Shown here one piece after another: positions 1 to 9,898 of a DNA stretch of 64,000 nucleotides (positions are counted from its first letter, which is position 1; every line of letters starts with the position of its first letter). Made by a program: the position numbers and the translations under genes. Below the pieces are notes generated by a model. That model worked only from the letters and a program-made list of their open reading frames with translations, searched no databases and was not told where the DNA came from. This DNA comes from an uncultured delta proteobacterium (GTDB taxonomy: Bacteria > Desulfobacterota > RBG-13-43-22): NCBI GenBank assembly GCA_963743305.1, contig CAVUPH010000012.1, positions 76,748-140,747 of the forward strand, written 5' to 3'.

Positions 1-669
1 GCAGTCAAAATCCCGGGGAAGAACGCGATCCAGTAAAGGAAGGAGGTCCACTTGGTCCTTATCCACTGTTCCCAGAAGCCTGATAAAATTGACCGGGATG
101 AATCTTTTTCTGTTGGGAAGCTTATAAAACATGCGTCCTTCCGGATCGATTTTTATTTCCTTGTAATTGGTCCCCAGGTTCCAATTCGAAGAACGCACAT
201 TATGATTGATGGCCAAATCCTGGAGCCCGAGACGCCAGTTTTTTAGGTTATAAAGGCTGGCCTGATCCGCTGAATTGGTTAGAGTTGGGGGATAGCAGGG
301 TTCAATCAAAAAGCGAAAGTAGTTCTGGGAAAGTGACTGGTTGAGCCGGGTTAACTCCTGGATTTCCCGATTCAGCTTGCGGGCGGTCTTCAGCCAACCT
401 TCTCCCAGTCGCCTGACGTATAATTCCTTAAAGTGCTGGAGGGACGCGGGGTTTCGATCATGATCCAGTTTTTCAAAGGCCAGGTTGATCTCGGCCACTT
501 TTCTGTTTCTCAGCGTTTTTAAGGGTTCGTTTCCCAAAGGCGCTCGGTCGGGATGATAAATCATCATCAAGGCCCGGTAAGAAGACCGGATCAGGGCAAA
601 CAGGTCCTTTCCTTCCAGCGTTCGGACGATTTCCGGAGAAAGCCCTAATAATTCAAAAGGGTTTTTCAT
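1..669 (-). CDS. J-domain (DnaJ-like N-terminus) protein, partial, runs off the left edge
   Basis: Not in the ORF track. Manual translation: MKNPFELLGLSPEIVRTLEGKDLFALIRSSYRALMMIYHPDR...AEINLAFEKL. HPD motif present, open to base 1, ATGA overlap with the upstream gene stop. Confidence 0.75.
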   Translation of the reverse strand, partial: MKNPFELLGLSPEIVRTLEGKDLFALIRSSYRALMMIYHPDRAPLGNEPLKTLRNRKVAEINLAFEKLDHDRNPASLQHFKELYVRRLGEGWLKTARKLNREIQELTRLNQSLSQNYFRFLIEPCYPPTLTNSADQASLYNLKNWRLGLQDLAINHNVRSSNWNLGTNYKEIKIDPEGRMFYKLPNRKRFIPVNFIRLLGTVDKDQVDLLPLLDRVLPRDFDC

Positions 670-2048
670 GACGTAAAGATCTTGCCGGGATTGAGGATGT
701 GATTCGGATCAAAGAGGTCCTTGATTTTTTTCATCAGGGCCAGGGGCAGCGGATCGATTTCCCAGGATAGGTAGGACGCTTTAGCCAGACCGATTCCATG
801 CTCCCCCGAAAGGGTGCCTCCCAGTTCGATAACGGTCCTGAATATATCTTCAACAGCCAGGTGGGCTTTGTCCTCTTGGTTGGATATTTTTTTATCAAAC
901 ATGACATTCACATGAATATTGCCGTCACCGGCGTGCCCGAAACAGACCACCAAGAGGTCGAATCGGCGCCCGATTTCCTGAAACCTGCGGATGGCTTCAG
1001 GAATATGCGCCCGGGGCACCACGATGTCTTCATTGATCTTATTGGGACGGATGCGAAAAAGGGCGGGGGAGATGGATCGCCGGGCCTTCCAGAGATCTTC
1101 CGCCTCCTGAGGTGACGAAGCGGTCCGGATCCCTACGCCTCCCAGTTGTTCGCAGGCCTGGACCACCCGGCGGCTCTGACGATTCACCAGGTCCCGGTCT
1201 CCATCAACCTCGATCAGCAGGGCGGCTTCCGCCTCCCGGGGGAAATCCAGTTCTAAAAACTGGTCCACCGCCTGAAGGGAGGGTTGATCCATGAATTCCA
1301 AGCTGGAGGGGACGATGCCGGCCTGTAATATTTCCACCACCGCCCGGGTGGCTAAATCCAACCGGTCAAAAAAAACCAATACCGGCTGACGGGTTTCGGG
1401 TTTAGGCAGCAGCTTCACCGTGAATTCAGTAAAAATCCCCAAGGTCCCTTCCGAGCCGACCAATAGGCGGGTCAGGTCATAACCCACCACCCCTTTGGCG
1501 GTTCGGGTACCGGTCTTCAGAATTTCACCGGTCGGCAGGACCACGGTCAAAGCCAGGATGTAATCTCGGGTCACCCCGTATTTCACCGCCCGGGCGCCTC
1601 CGGCACACTCGGCCACATTCCCTCCCAAAGTGGAAAAACGTAAGGAAGCCGGATCGGGAGGATAGAAAAGGCCCACCGCTTCCACTGCGGATTGCAGGTC
1701 TCGGTTGACCACGCCCGGTTCAACCACGGCCAAGAAATTCTGGGTATCGATATTTCTGATGCGGTTAAACCGGCTCATGACCAGAACCAGTCCCCCCTGA
1801 ATCGGAACCGACCCGCCGCTCATCCCGGATCCGGCCCCTCGGGGGATCACCGGAAACCGGTATTCATTCGCTAATCTCAAAATAGCGCTGATTTCTTCAG
1901 CGCTCCCGGGAAAAGCCACGGCCTCGGGCATCGCCTGGAAGGCGGTGGCGTCGTAGGCATAGCACTTCAGTTCGGTTTCCTGATCGGTGATCTGCCCCGG
2001 ACCAACGATTTCACGTAGGGACTGATAGGTTTCCTGGCTGAAAGGCAT
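666..2048 (-). CDS. glcD: FAD-linked oxidase, glycolate/D-lactate dehydrogenase GlcD family
   Basis: PRGAGSGMSGG, PPDPAS, GGNVAECAGG, GHAGDGNIH, GEHGIG and LNPGK motifs. Confidence 0.85.
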   Translation of the reverse strand: MPFSQETYQSLREIVGPGQITDQETELKCYAYDATAFQAMPEAVAFPGSAEEISAILRLANEYRFPVIPRGAGSGMSGGSVPIQGGLVLVMSRFNRIRNIDTQNFLAVVEPGVVNRDLQSAVEAVGLFYPPDPASLRFSTLGGNVAECAGGARAVKYGVTRDYILALTVVLPTGEILKTGTRTAKGVVGYDLTRLLVGSEGTLGIFTEFTVKLLPKPETRQPVLVFFDRLDLATRAVVEILQAGIVPSSLEFMDQPSLQAVDQFLELDFPREAEAALLIEVDGDRDLVNRQSRRVVQACEQLGGVGIRTASSPQEAEDLWKARRSISPALFRIRPNKINEDIVVPRAHIPEAIRRFQEIGRRFDLLVVCFGHAGDGNIHVNVMFDKKISNQEDKAHLAVEDIFRTVIELGGTLSGEHGIGLAKASYLSWEIDPLPLALMKKIKDLFDPNHILNPGKIFTS

Positions 2049-2066
2049 GGAATTTATAATACCGGC

Positions 2067-2993
2067 TTAATATCCAAATTCGGTTAGGGCGGCCGGGTTT
2101 GAATGTCGGACCTTCAGCGTTTGCCAATGATCGACCGGAACTCGCTCTAAATACTCCCGGCGGCTCCCCACCCCGTATACCCATTCCTGGAACCATTCCC
2201 GGCTGCCCTCCTCGGTTCGGGTGGCCCGGGCATAGTCCAGATAGACCGGGTCATCGTGGCCGTAATAGCCTTGAACCGCCGACGGGTGGGCGCCCCAAGG
2301 CTCTTCCACTACCCCTGAGACGGTAAACCCTGGAATGATAGTCCGGTTGGGATCGCTGCGGATTACCTCCGGGTCAACGATCTCCTCCGTAATAATGAGC
2401 ACCGCTTTGGCGGCTCTGGCCGCCGTGGCGCTGACGCCCATGTTCCCCCAGAGATGGGCGTTTCCCTGGGGATCGGCTCGCTGGACATGAATAATGGCCA
2501 GGTCGGGCTCCATGGCCCGAACCAGCAGCAGCGGATCCCCGGTGAAAGGGCAGGGGCTCACCTTAAACGCCAGATTGTTCCGAATAATGTGGGAGCCCAG
2601 CAAGGTCCGGGCGGGGAGATAAGGAACCCCTAAGGCCGCGGCTTGCAATCCCAGGGCAATGGTAAAATTGGAGTGATTTTCCATCACCAGGGAGTGCGGC
2701 TTGCCCTGCTCCACGGCCCGGCGCAGATGATACCCGATTCCGGTACTGACATTGCCTACCCAAGCGGCCTGAATCCGGGTAACACAGCCTCCCCCGATCA
2801 ATTGATCGAAGAGCATATCGGATATCGGTCCGATTAGGGTTAAGTCTCTGATGCCTTGACGGATTAATTCGTGCCCGGCGGCAAAAGGAATCAATCCCTC
2901 CAGGGAAGTGCCCAAGGCTATGGACATACCAGGTCTAACCAGTCTGGAAACGGCCTCGGGCATGGACATCAGCTTGGATTCAGTCAAATACAT
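2067..2993 (-). CDS. CoA-transferase subunit A (glutaconate CoA-transferase GctA-like)
   Basis: SKLMSMPEAV..IPFAAGHELIRQG..PDLAIIHVQRAD.QGN..PWGAHPS; start moved to ATG 2993. Confidence 0.8.
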   Translation of the reverse strand: MYLTESKLMSMPEAVSRLVRPGMSIALGTSLEGLIPFAAGHELIRQGIRDLTLIGPISDMLFDQLIGGGCVTRIQAAWVGNVSTGIGYHLRRAVEQGKPHSLVMENHSNFTIALGLQAAALGVPYLPARTLLGSHIIRNNLAFKVSPCPFTGDPLLLVRAMEPDLAIIHVQRADPQGNAHLWGNMGVSATAARAAKAVLIITEEIVDPEVIRSDPNRTIIPGFTVSGVVEEPWGAHPSAVQGYYGHDDPVYLDYARATRTEEGSREWFQEWVYGVGSRREYLERVPVDHWQTLKVRHSNPAALTEFGY

Positions 2994-3045
2994 AAGTAAA
3001 TTAATGTAACATTTGTATTTTAAAAAGAAAAGAGGTAAAAAGATA

Positions 3046-3074
3046 TTGACAAAAGACTCATTTTTTTTGATAGT
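3046..3074 (+). promoter_or_regulatory. Putative sigma70 promoter for the thiolase operon
   Basis: TTGACA-N17-GATAGT in the AT-rich divergent intergenic region. Confidence 0.4.
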
Positions 3075-3168
3075 TACAAGTTTAACGGACTTACCGGTTG
3101 CGAGGTTATCAAGATTGTAAGCCGCCGGAGGGGGATAAACCCCTTTCCGGTCAAAAAAGGAGGAAGGT

Positions 3169-4353
3169 ATGCGGGAAGTCGTCATAGTCAGTGGTACCCG
3201 GACCCCCATCGGGCGGTTCGGTGGCACACTAAAGGATGTCAGCGACATGGACATAGGCGCTTTGGTCATTCGAGAGGCCCTCAAGCGGGCCGGGATATCC
3301 GGGGATCAGGTGGATGAGGTAATCTTCGCTTCCGGTTATCGGACCGGCGATCTGCCCATCAATTCAGCCCGAGTGGTGGCTGTCAAGGGCGGGATTCCCA
3401 TCGAAAAACCCCAGTTTACCATAACCAAGGCCTGCGGTGGAAGCCTGAGGGCCGTATCTCTGGCCGCCCAGATCATCAAGAGCGGGGATGCGGATGTTAT
3501 CGTGGCCGGCGGCATGGAGGTTATGAGTCGGGCGGCCTATCTGTTGAAAAATGCCCGCTGGGGATATCGTCTGGGTCATGGACAACTAATGGACCAATTA
3601 ATCCTCTTTGACCCCCTGTCCGGAAATACCATGGGAGAAACCGCGGAAAACGTGGCCGTCAAATATCAGGTGACCCGCCAGGAGCAGGATGAGCTGGCCT
3701 TGATCAGCCAGCAGCGGGCCGAAGCCGCTATCAAGAACGGGAAATTCAAAGAAGAAATAGTTCCGGTGGAAATCCCCCAGAAGAAAAAACCTCCCCTGGT
3801 CTTTGATACCGACGAGCACCCCCGGTTGGGAACCACCATGGAGGCCCTGGTCAAGCTGCAGCCGGCCTTTAAGAAAGACGGCACGGTAACGGCCGGTAAT
3901 TCCAGCGGGATGAACGACGGGGGTTCCGCCTTGATCGTCATGGCCAGGGAAAAAGCCGAGGCCTTGGGATTAAAACCTTTAGCCACCATCGTCTCTTACG
4001 CCTCAGCCGGTGTCGAACCTTCTCTGATGGGCATCGGTCCTATCCCGGCCACTCGAATGGCCCTGGAAAAAGCCGGGTTGACTGTTAATGACCTGGATTT
4101 GATTGAGCTCAACGAGGCCTTTGCCTCTCAGGCGGTAGTCTGCATCAAAGAATTGGGTATGCATCTGGATAAGGTCAATGTGAACGGCGGGGCCATTGCC
4201 CTGGGGCATCCGATTTCCGCCTCGGGCGGGTGTCTGCTGGTTAAACTGCTTTATGAGATGGGTCGGCGAAAAGCCCGCTACGGCCTGACTACCATGTGCA
4301 TCGGCGGCGGCCAGGGAATTGCCCTGATTGTTGAACGAAAGTCCGACCTCTAA
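3169..4353 (+). CDS. Acetyl-CoA C-acyltransferase (thiolase)
   Basis: RTPIG, KACGGS, NEAF, GHPISASG and CIGGGQG motifs; AGGAGG RBS. Confidence 0.93.
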   Translation: MREVVIVSGTRTPIGRFGGTLKDVSDMDIGALVIREALKRAGISGDQVDEVIFASGYRTGDLPINSARVVAVKGGIPIEKPQFTITKACGGSLRAVSLAAQIIKSGDADVIVAGGMEVMSRAAYLLKNARWGYRLGHGQLMDQLILFDPLSGNTMGETAENVAVKYQVTRQEQDELALISQQRAEAAIKNGKFKEEIVPVEIPQKKKPPLVFDTDEHPRLGTTMEALVKLQPAFKKDGTVTAGNSSGMNDGGSALIVMAREKAEALGLKPLATIVSYASAGVEPSLMGIGPIPATRMALEKAGLTVNDLDLIELNEAFASQAVVCIKELGMHLDKVNVNGGAIALGHPISASGGCLLVKLLYEMGRRKARYGLTTMCIGGGQGIALIVERKSDL

Positions 4354-4400
4354 TCGCTTTGGTGCTTCGAATTTTGGACTAATAATGTAAGAATTCACTC

Positions 4401-5556
4401 ATGTTCCTTCATCTCAGCCCGGAACAACGGGCGCTGCAAAGACAGGTCCAGGCCTTGGTGGCGGAACGAATCGCCCCGTGGGCGGCGGAAATTGACGCCC
4501 GGGACGAGTTCCCTCAGGAAAGCTATCTGGCCTTCAAGGAGACCGGTTTGCTCAAGCTGTCCCTTCCCAGGGAGTACGGCGGGATAGCGGCGGATGCCAC
4601 CACCCTCTGCCTGGTGATTGAGGAGATCTCCAAGGTCTCCCCGGCCTCGGCCTTGTTGGTTTTTCCCACCCAGGCCGTGATCCGAACCATCCGGGAAGTG
4701 GGCACGGAGGAGCAAAAGCAACGTTTCTTTTCCGCCATGTCGGCTGGGGACAAACTGGCCGCCTTCTGTCTGACCGAGCCCAACTACGGCTCTGATGCCG
4801 GATCCCTGCAAACCCGGGCGAACTTGGAAGGTGATTACTATCTGGTGAACGGGTCCAAGACCTATATCACCCAAGGCCCACACGCTCATTTCTACCTGGT
4901 TTTTGTCCGAACCGGGCCCGGGAAAAGGACGGCCGGAATCAGCGGGCTTATTATCCCGCGTGATACCCCGGGATTATCCTTCGGAAGGAAAGAGCGCAAA
5001 ATGGGGTTGGGGGGATCGGTCACGGCCGAGATGATCTCTTAAAGATGTCCGGGTGCCCAAAGATAATCTGCTCCTCTCCGAGGGGCAGGGATGGACTATC
5101 CTTTCGCGGCACTCCAACCCCATGAGGGTCTGGGGGGCCGCTTCCATGGCCCTGGGAATCGCCGAAGGAGCTTACGAAGCCGCTCTGGAATTTGCCAAAA
5201 AAAGGGTCCAATTCCGACGAAAAATAGCGGCCTTCCAAAGCATCCGCTTCATGCTGGCCGACATGAAAATGTCCATCGAGGCCACCAAATCCCTGATCTA
5301 CCGGACCGCGGACCTGATCGATTCCGGTGAAGGCACTTTCCGGGACATAGAAACCCTCGTATCCATGTCCAAGTGCTATGCCTCGGACATGGCCATGAAG
5401 GTAACCATCGATGCCGTTCAAATCTTCGGCGGGGCCGGGGTTCTCAAAGGCTGCCCGGTGGAGCGGATGATGCGGGACGCCAAGGCGATTCAGATCTTCG
5501 ATGGCAGCAACCAGATTCAACGGATGATCGTTTCGAAAAATATTATTTTAGATTAA
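4401..5556 (+). CDS. Acyl-CoA dehydrogenase, +1 frameshift near 5037 (probable assembly error)
   Basis: FCLTEPNYGSD, NGSKTYIT, ERKMG in ORF 4401-5042, continued by RVQF..FQSIRFMLADM..VERMMRDAK in ORF 5053-5556. Confidence 0.85.
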
Positions 5557-5599
5557 TGCACGGGGTTATCAATCCCGTCAATACCCGAGGAGGAATGCC

Positions 5600-6763
5600 A
5601 TGGATTTTGAATTATCGGAAGAATTGCAGGCGGTACGGGAGATGGCCCGCGATTTTGGGACCGAAAAGATCGCCCCCTTTGCCGACAAGTGGGATATGGA
5701 CCATTATTTTCCCTATCAGGAAGTCATCAAGCCCATGGGCGAACTGGGGTTTTTCGGGACGGTGATCCCTGAAGAATACGGTGGAAACAATATGGGCTGG
5801 CTGGCGGCCATGATCCTGACCGAGGAGATCGCTCGGGCCTCCAGTTCCTTGCGGGTCCAGATCAATATGCTGGCCCTGGGCTGCGCCTTCACTATTTTTC
5901 GCTACGGGACCGAGGGCTTAAAAGAAAAATATATCTCCAAGCTGGTCAACGCCGAATACTTGGGCGGTTTCGGCATCACCGAACCCAACGCCGGTTCGGA
6001 TGTCATGTCCCTGAAATCCACGGCCGAGGACAAAGGGGATCATTGGTTGATCAACGGCTCCAAGACCTGGATCTCCAACGCCAGCATCGCCGACGTACTC
6101 ATTTATTACGCTTACACCGACCGCTCGGCCGGCGGCCGGGGCCTGTCGGCCTTCGTCATCGAGCCGAGGAATTTCAACGGGATCTCCACCACCGATCTGG
6201 ACAAGCTGGGTTCCCGCTCGTCCCCCACCGGGGAGCTTTATCTGGAGGATACCCGCGTTCCCAAGGAAAATATCCTGGGCAAACCCGGAGACGGGGCCAA
6301 GATCGTTTTTGGTTCCCTCAATCAGACCCGGCTCTCGGCGGCCGCCGGCGGCGTTGGACTGGCCCAGGCCTGTCTGGACAGCGTGACCAAGTACTGCAAC
6401 GAGCGCGAACAGTTCGGCAAACCCATCGGTCAGTTCCAGATGAACCAGGACATGGTGGCCCAGATGACCGTGGAGATTGAAGCCGCTCGTTTGCTGGTTT
6501 ATAAAGCCGCCTGGCAGAAAGATCAGGGCAACCTGAACAACAATCTAGAAGTGGCCATGGCCAAATACTTCGCCGGCGAGGTGGTCAACAAGGCCTCCAA
6601 TTTCGCCCTGCGGATTTTAGGGGCCTACGGCTATTCCACCGAATACCCGGTGGCCCGGTATTACCGGGATGCCCCCACCTATTTCATGGTGGAAGGCTCG
6701 GCCAATATCTGCAAATGGATCGTGGCCCTGGATCAGTTGGGCATCCGGAAAGCGAACAAGTAG
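5600..6763 (+). CDS. acd: Glutaryl-CoA dehydrogenase (non-decarboxylating, glutaconyl-CoA forming)
   Basis: PMGELGFFGTVIPEEYGG, GWLAAMILTEEIAR, RDAPTYFMVEGSANICK and RKANK resemble the Desulfococcus-type enzyme as recalled; adjacent to gcdA. Confidence 0.88.
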   Translation: MDFELSEELQAVREMARDFGTEKIAPFADKWDMDHYFPYQEVIKPMGELGFFGTVIPEEYGGNNMGWLAAMILTEEIARASSSLRVQINMLALGCAFTIFRYGTEGLKEKYISKLVNAEYLGGFGITEPNAGSDVMSLKSTAEDKGDHWLINGSKTWISNASIADVLIYYAYTDRSAGGRGLSAFVIEPRNFNGISTTDLDKLGSRSSPTGELYLEDTRVPKENILGKPGDGAKIVFGSLNQTRLSAAAGGVGLAQACLDSVTKYCNEREQFGKPIGQFQMNQDMVAQMTVEIEAARLLVYKAAWQKDQGNLNNNLEVAMAKYFAGEVVNKASNFALRILGAYGYSTEYPVARYYRDAPTYFMVEGSANICKWIVALDQLGIRKANK

Positions 6764-6802
6764 GGGCAAGGCAGGCCAGGCCGAAAAGCAGCCAACCAAA
6801 GT

Positions 6803-6902
6803 TGGGAATGATGGAATATTGGAATGGTGGAATGATAGGCAGTCTGAAATGGCGTTCCTCCATTATTCCATTGTTCCATTATTCCAATCATCCAATATTC
6901 CC
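6803..6902. repeat. Octamer tandem repeat (GGAATRNT)n followed by its inverted copy
   Basis: ggaatgat-ggaatatt-ggaatggt-ggaatgat ... cattattc-cattgttc-cattattc-caatcatc-caatattc. Confidence 0.8.
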
Positions 6903-6934
6903 GAGCGTATTTCACTTGAGGAGGTTTTTTAACG

Positions 6935-8710
6935 ATGCACCCTTATTTTAAGAAAATGGACGACTTGGGCAAGCCTTTAAAGCCCGCTCAGTTCGACAAG
7001 ATGGCGGAAAACCGGGCCCAGATCGATGCGGTCCTGATGGAAGTGGCGGCCGAGGTCGAGCGGGTCAAAAACGCGGGTTTACCGGCCGAAAAAATCCATA
7101 AACGGGGAGAGATGACCGTTTGGGATCGGATCGAGTATCTGATCGATCCCGGGACCTTCTGTCCCTTGCATACCCTTTACAATCCCCGGGACAATGAAGA
7201 AGGGATGACCGGGGTAATCGACGGCCTGGCCCGGATCAGGGGCAAGTGGTGCGTCCTGATCGGGTTCGACAACAAGGTGATGGCCGGAGCCTGGATCGCC
7301 GGGCAGGCGGAAAACCAACTTCGGGTGACCGATCTGGCCAAACGGCTCCGGATCCCTCTGGTTTGGCTGGTCAACTGTTCCGGGGTCAAGCTCCCTGAGC
7401 AGCAGGAAGTATATGCCGACAGGCGCGGCAACGGGACCACCTTCTTCCGCCATGCCGAACTGGAACAAATGGGGATCCCCATCCTGGCCGGGATCTACGG
7501 CACCAACCCGGCCGGCGGCGGATACCAGGGAATCAGCCCGACCATTCTGTTGGCGCACAAAAACGCCAACATCGCTGTCGGCGGCGGCGGGATCGTCAGC
7601 GGCATGACCCCTAAAGGGTCCTTTGATGAAGAAGGGGCCGAACAGATTATTGAGGCCACCCGTCATTTCAAACAAGTTCCGCCGGGCAGCGCGGGGGTCC
7701 ACTTCGACCAGACCGGCTTTTTCCGGGAGGTGTATGAAAATGAAACCGAAGTCCTGGAGGCCCTCAAGGGATACATGGCCGAAATGCCGGGTTATCATCC
7801 GCGATTTTTTCGGGTGGCCGAACCGGCCGAACCAAAGTTCCCTTTGTCCGACCTGCCTTCCCTGATTGCCTTCAACCAGAAAGCGGTTTACGATTTCGAC
7901 AATTTCTTAGCCCGGCTGGTCGACAACAGCGAGCACCTGGAATTTCGCCCCGGGTTCGGCCCGGAGGTCTATACCGGCTTGGTGAAGATTGACGGTTTCC
8001 TGATGGGGGTGATCGGTAACCGCCAGGGATTTCTCGGTCCCCAGTATCCGGAATACACCAACGAATACATGGGGGTCGGCGGCAAGCTTTACCGCCAGGG
8101 TTTAATCAAGATGAACGAATTCGTCACCCAGTGCGGCCGGGACCGGGTGCCGGTTATCTGGTTTCAGGATACCTCGGGAATCGATGTGGGCGACATCGCC
8201 GAAAAGGCCGAACTCCTGGGGTTGGGCCAGTCGTTGATCTACTCCATTGAACAGACGGACGTGCCCATGATGCTGGTGGCCCTGCGCAAAGGCACAGCGG
8301 CGGCCCATTACATCATGGGTGGGCCCACGGCCAACAACCACAACGCCTTCACCCTGGGCACAGCCACCACCGAAATCTACGTCATGCACGGGGAAACCGC
8401 TTCGGTGGCTTCCTTCGCCCGCCGGCTGGTGAAAGAAAAGGACGCCGGCCGCCCCCTCCAGCCGACCATCGACAAGATGAACGAATTGGCTCAACAGTAC
8501 TATAACAATTCCCGTCCGGTCTACTGCGCCAAACGGGGTTTCGTGGACGAGATCGTCCGCTACGAAGACCTACGTAAGTACCTGGTGGCTTTCACCGATT
8601 CCGCCTACCAGAATCCAAAATCGATTTGTCCCCAGCACCACCTGATGCTGCCTCGCTTGATCCGGGCCCAGGTCGTCAAGGGCTTGGACCGGCCGAAAAA
8701 GGAAAGCTAA
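6935..8710 (+). CDS. gcdA: Glutaconyl-CoA decarboxylase carboxyltransferase subunit alpha
   Basis: 591-aa carboxyltransferase with NCSGVKL, GTNPAGGGY, GKLYRQGLIKM and KGTAAAHY motifs. Confidence 0.9.
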   Translation: MHPYFKKMDDLGKPLKPAQFDKMAENRAQIDAVLMEVAAEVERVKNAGLPAEKIHKRGEMTVWDRIEYLIDPGTFCPLHTLYNPRDNEEGMTGVIDGLARIRGKWCVLIGFDNKVMAGAWIAGQAENQLRVTDLAKRLRIPLVWLVNCSGVKLPEQQEVYADRRGNGTTFFRHAELEQMGIPILAGIYGTNPAGGGYQGISPTILLAHKNANIAVGGGGIVSGMTPKGSFDEEGAEQIIEATRHFKQVPPGSAGVHFDQTGFFREVYENETEVLEALKGYMAEMPGYHPRFFRVAEPAEPKFPLSDLPSLIAFNQKAVYDFDNFLARLVDNSEHLEFRPGFGPEVYTGLVKIDGFLMGVIGNRQGFLGPQYPEYTNEYMGVGGKLYRQGLIKMNEFVTQCGRDRVPVIWFQDTSGIDVGDIAEKAELLGLGQSLIYSIEQTDVPMMLVALRKGTAAAHYIMGGPTANNHNAFTLGTATTEIYVMHGETASVASFARRLVKEKDAGRPLQPTIDKMNELAQQYYNNSRPVYCAKRGFVDEIVRYEDLRKYLVAFTDSAYQNPKSICPQHHLMLPRLIRAQVVKGLDRPKKES

Positions 8711-8753
8711 GAGGGGTTCAAGCGCTTCCGAAAATTATCTGAATTAGAGCCCG

Positions 8754-8794
8754 ACAAGGTCCAGGCGATTCATCTTGCCTGGACCTTGTATTTT
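8754..8794 (+). terminator. Rho-independent terminator
   Basis: ACAAGGTCCAGGC / GCCTGGACCTTGT stem followed by a T tract. Confidence 0.7.
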
Positions 8795-8862
8795 AAAGCT
8801 CCGAAATTGGAGGGTGTAAGCAGTCGTACCCCAAAAAAGATCGCCGGAAGTGGCTTTTCAGT

Positions 8863-8890
8863 TTAAGAAAATTCGCCCTTCTGCCGATAA
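8863..8890 (+). promoter_or_regulatory. Sigma28 (FliA)-like promoter
   Basis: TAAG-N15-GCCGATAA about 100 nt upstream of ATG 8988. Confidence 0.6.
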
Positions 8891-8987
8891 GTTAGGCATT
8901 TCGCAGTTTGCACTATTCAAATTTCAGTCCTTATTCTTTCCACAGAACCCATCCCTCAGGGGGGGGGTTGGGGCGGAGGTGCAAAAA

Positions 8988-9887
8988 ATGATACATCGGC
9001 CGGTCTTCGGTGGTTTAACCGCTGCAATTATCCTAGTTTTGGGGATGGTTCACCCGGTTTGGCCGGATAATAAACTGTTTTTACCCTTGGTTATTACATC
9101 AGCCAATCCCCAGCCTACTTCGGCCATTATCGTGAACCACACCAGCACCGATTTGAGTAAGATCCCGGCCCAGTGGATTACCCAGGCTAAAACGATATTG
9201 CGGGCCAGTTACGGCCATACCTCCCATGGCAGCCAGTTGATTACCGGGATGCAGGCCATTGAGAGTAATAGTTCTCTAAACGTGAATCATCTTTTTGATT
9301 TCAATACCAGCGGGGCCGTAGAAACGGGGGTTCAATCTATAAAAGATTCTACCCCATCCGGGGACCTGGGAAACCCGGATCGAACCTCCTGGGCCAGCCG
9401 GACGCGGGATTACTTGAAGAGCACCGCGGGTCAGAACCGCAATCTGGTGGTCTGGTCCTGGTGCGGACAGGCAGATACCTCCAACCCGGCCGATATAGAA
9501 ACCTATTTGAATTTGATGAACCAGTTGGAGAATGAATTTCCAAATGTCCGTTTTGTCTACATGACCGGCCATCTGGTGGGAAGCGGTCCTAGCGGCGACC
9601 TATATCAACGCAACGATCAAATCCGGAGCTATGTCCGGACCCACAACAAAATCCTCTTCGATTTTGCCGACATCGAAAGCTACGCCCCGGACGGGACCTA
9701 TTATCCCAATGAAAGCGACGGCTGCAACTGGTGTTCCGCCTGGTGCAGCGCCCACCCAGCCGACTGCACCAACCTGCCTCCCCTCGGGTCCTGCGCCCAT
9801 TCTCACGAGTTCAACTGCTACCGCAAGGGAATCGCCTTCTGGTGGCTTCTGGCCCGTCTGGCCGGCTGGGATGGGGTAACTCTGTAA
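8988..9887 (+). CDS. Secreted hypothetical protein (possible SGNH-like fold, Cys-rich C-terminus)
   Basis: GGAGG RBS before ATG 8988; signal peptide; YGHTSHGSQ, WSWCG, LFDFADIES and C-terminal HSH motifs. Confidence 0.7.
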   Translation: MIHRPVFGGLTAAIILVLGMVHPVWPDNKLFLPLVITSANPQPTSAIIVNHTSTDLSKIPAQWITQAKTILRASYGHTSHGSQLITGMQAIESNSSLNVNHLFDFNTSGAVETGVQSIKDSTPSGDLGNPDRTSWASRTRDYLKSTAGQNRNLVVWSWCGQADTSNPADIETYLNLMNQLENEFPNVRFVYMTGHLVGSGPSGDLYQRNDQIRSYVRTHNKILFDFADIESYAPDGTYYPNESDGCNWCSAWCSAHPADCTNLPPLGSCAHSHEFNCYRKGIAFWWLLARLAGWDGVTL

Positions 9888-9898
9888 TTATTCATCCC

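Noticed and set aside
2994-3284. N-terminal extension of the CoA-transferase ORF
   Set aside because: Overlaps the divergent thiolase and its promoter; the recognisable domain starts near 2993.
6803-6902. CRISPR array
   Set aside because: 8-bp units with no spacers and no cas genes.
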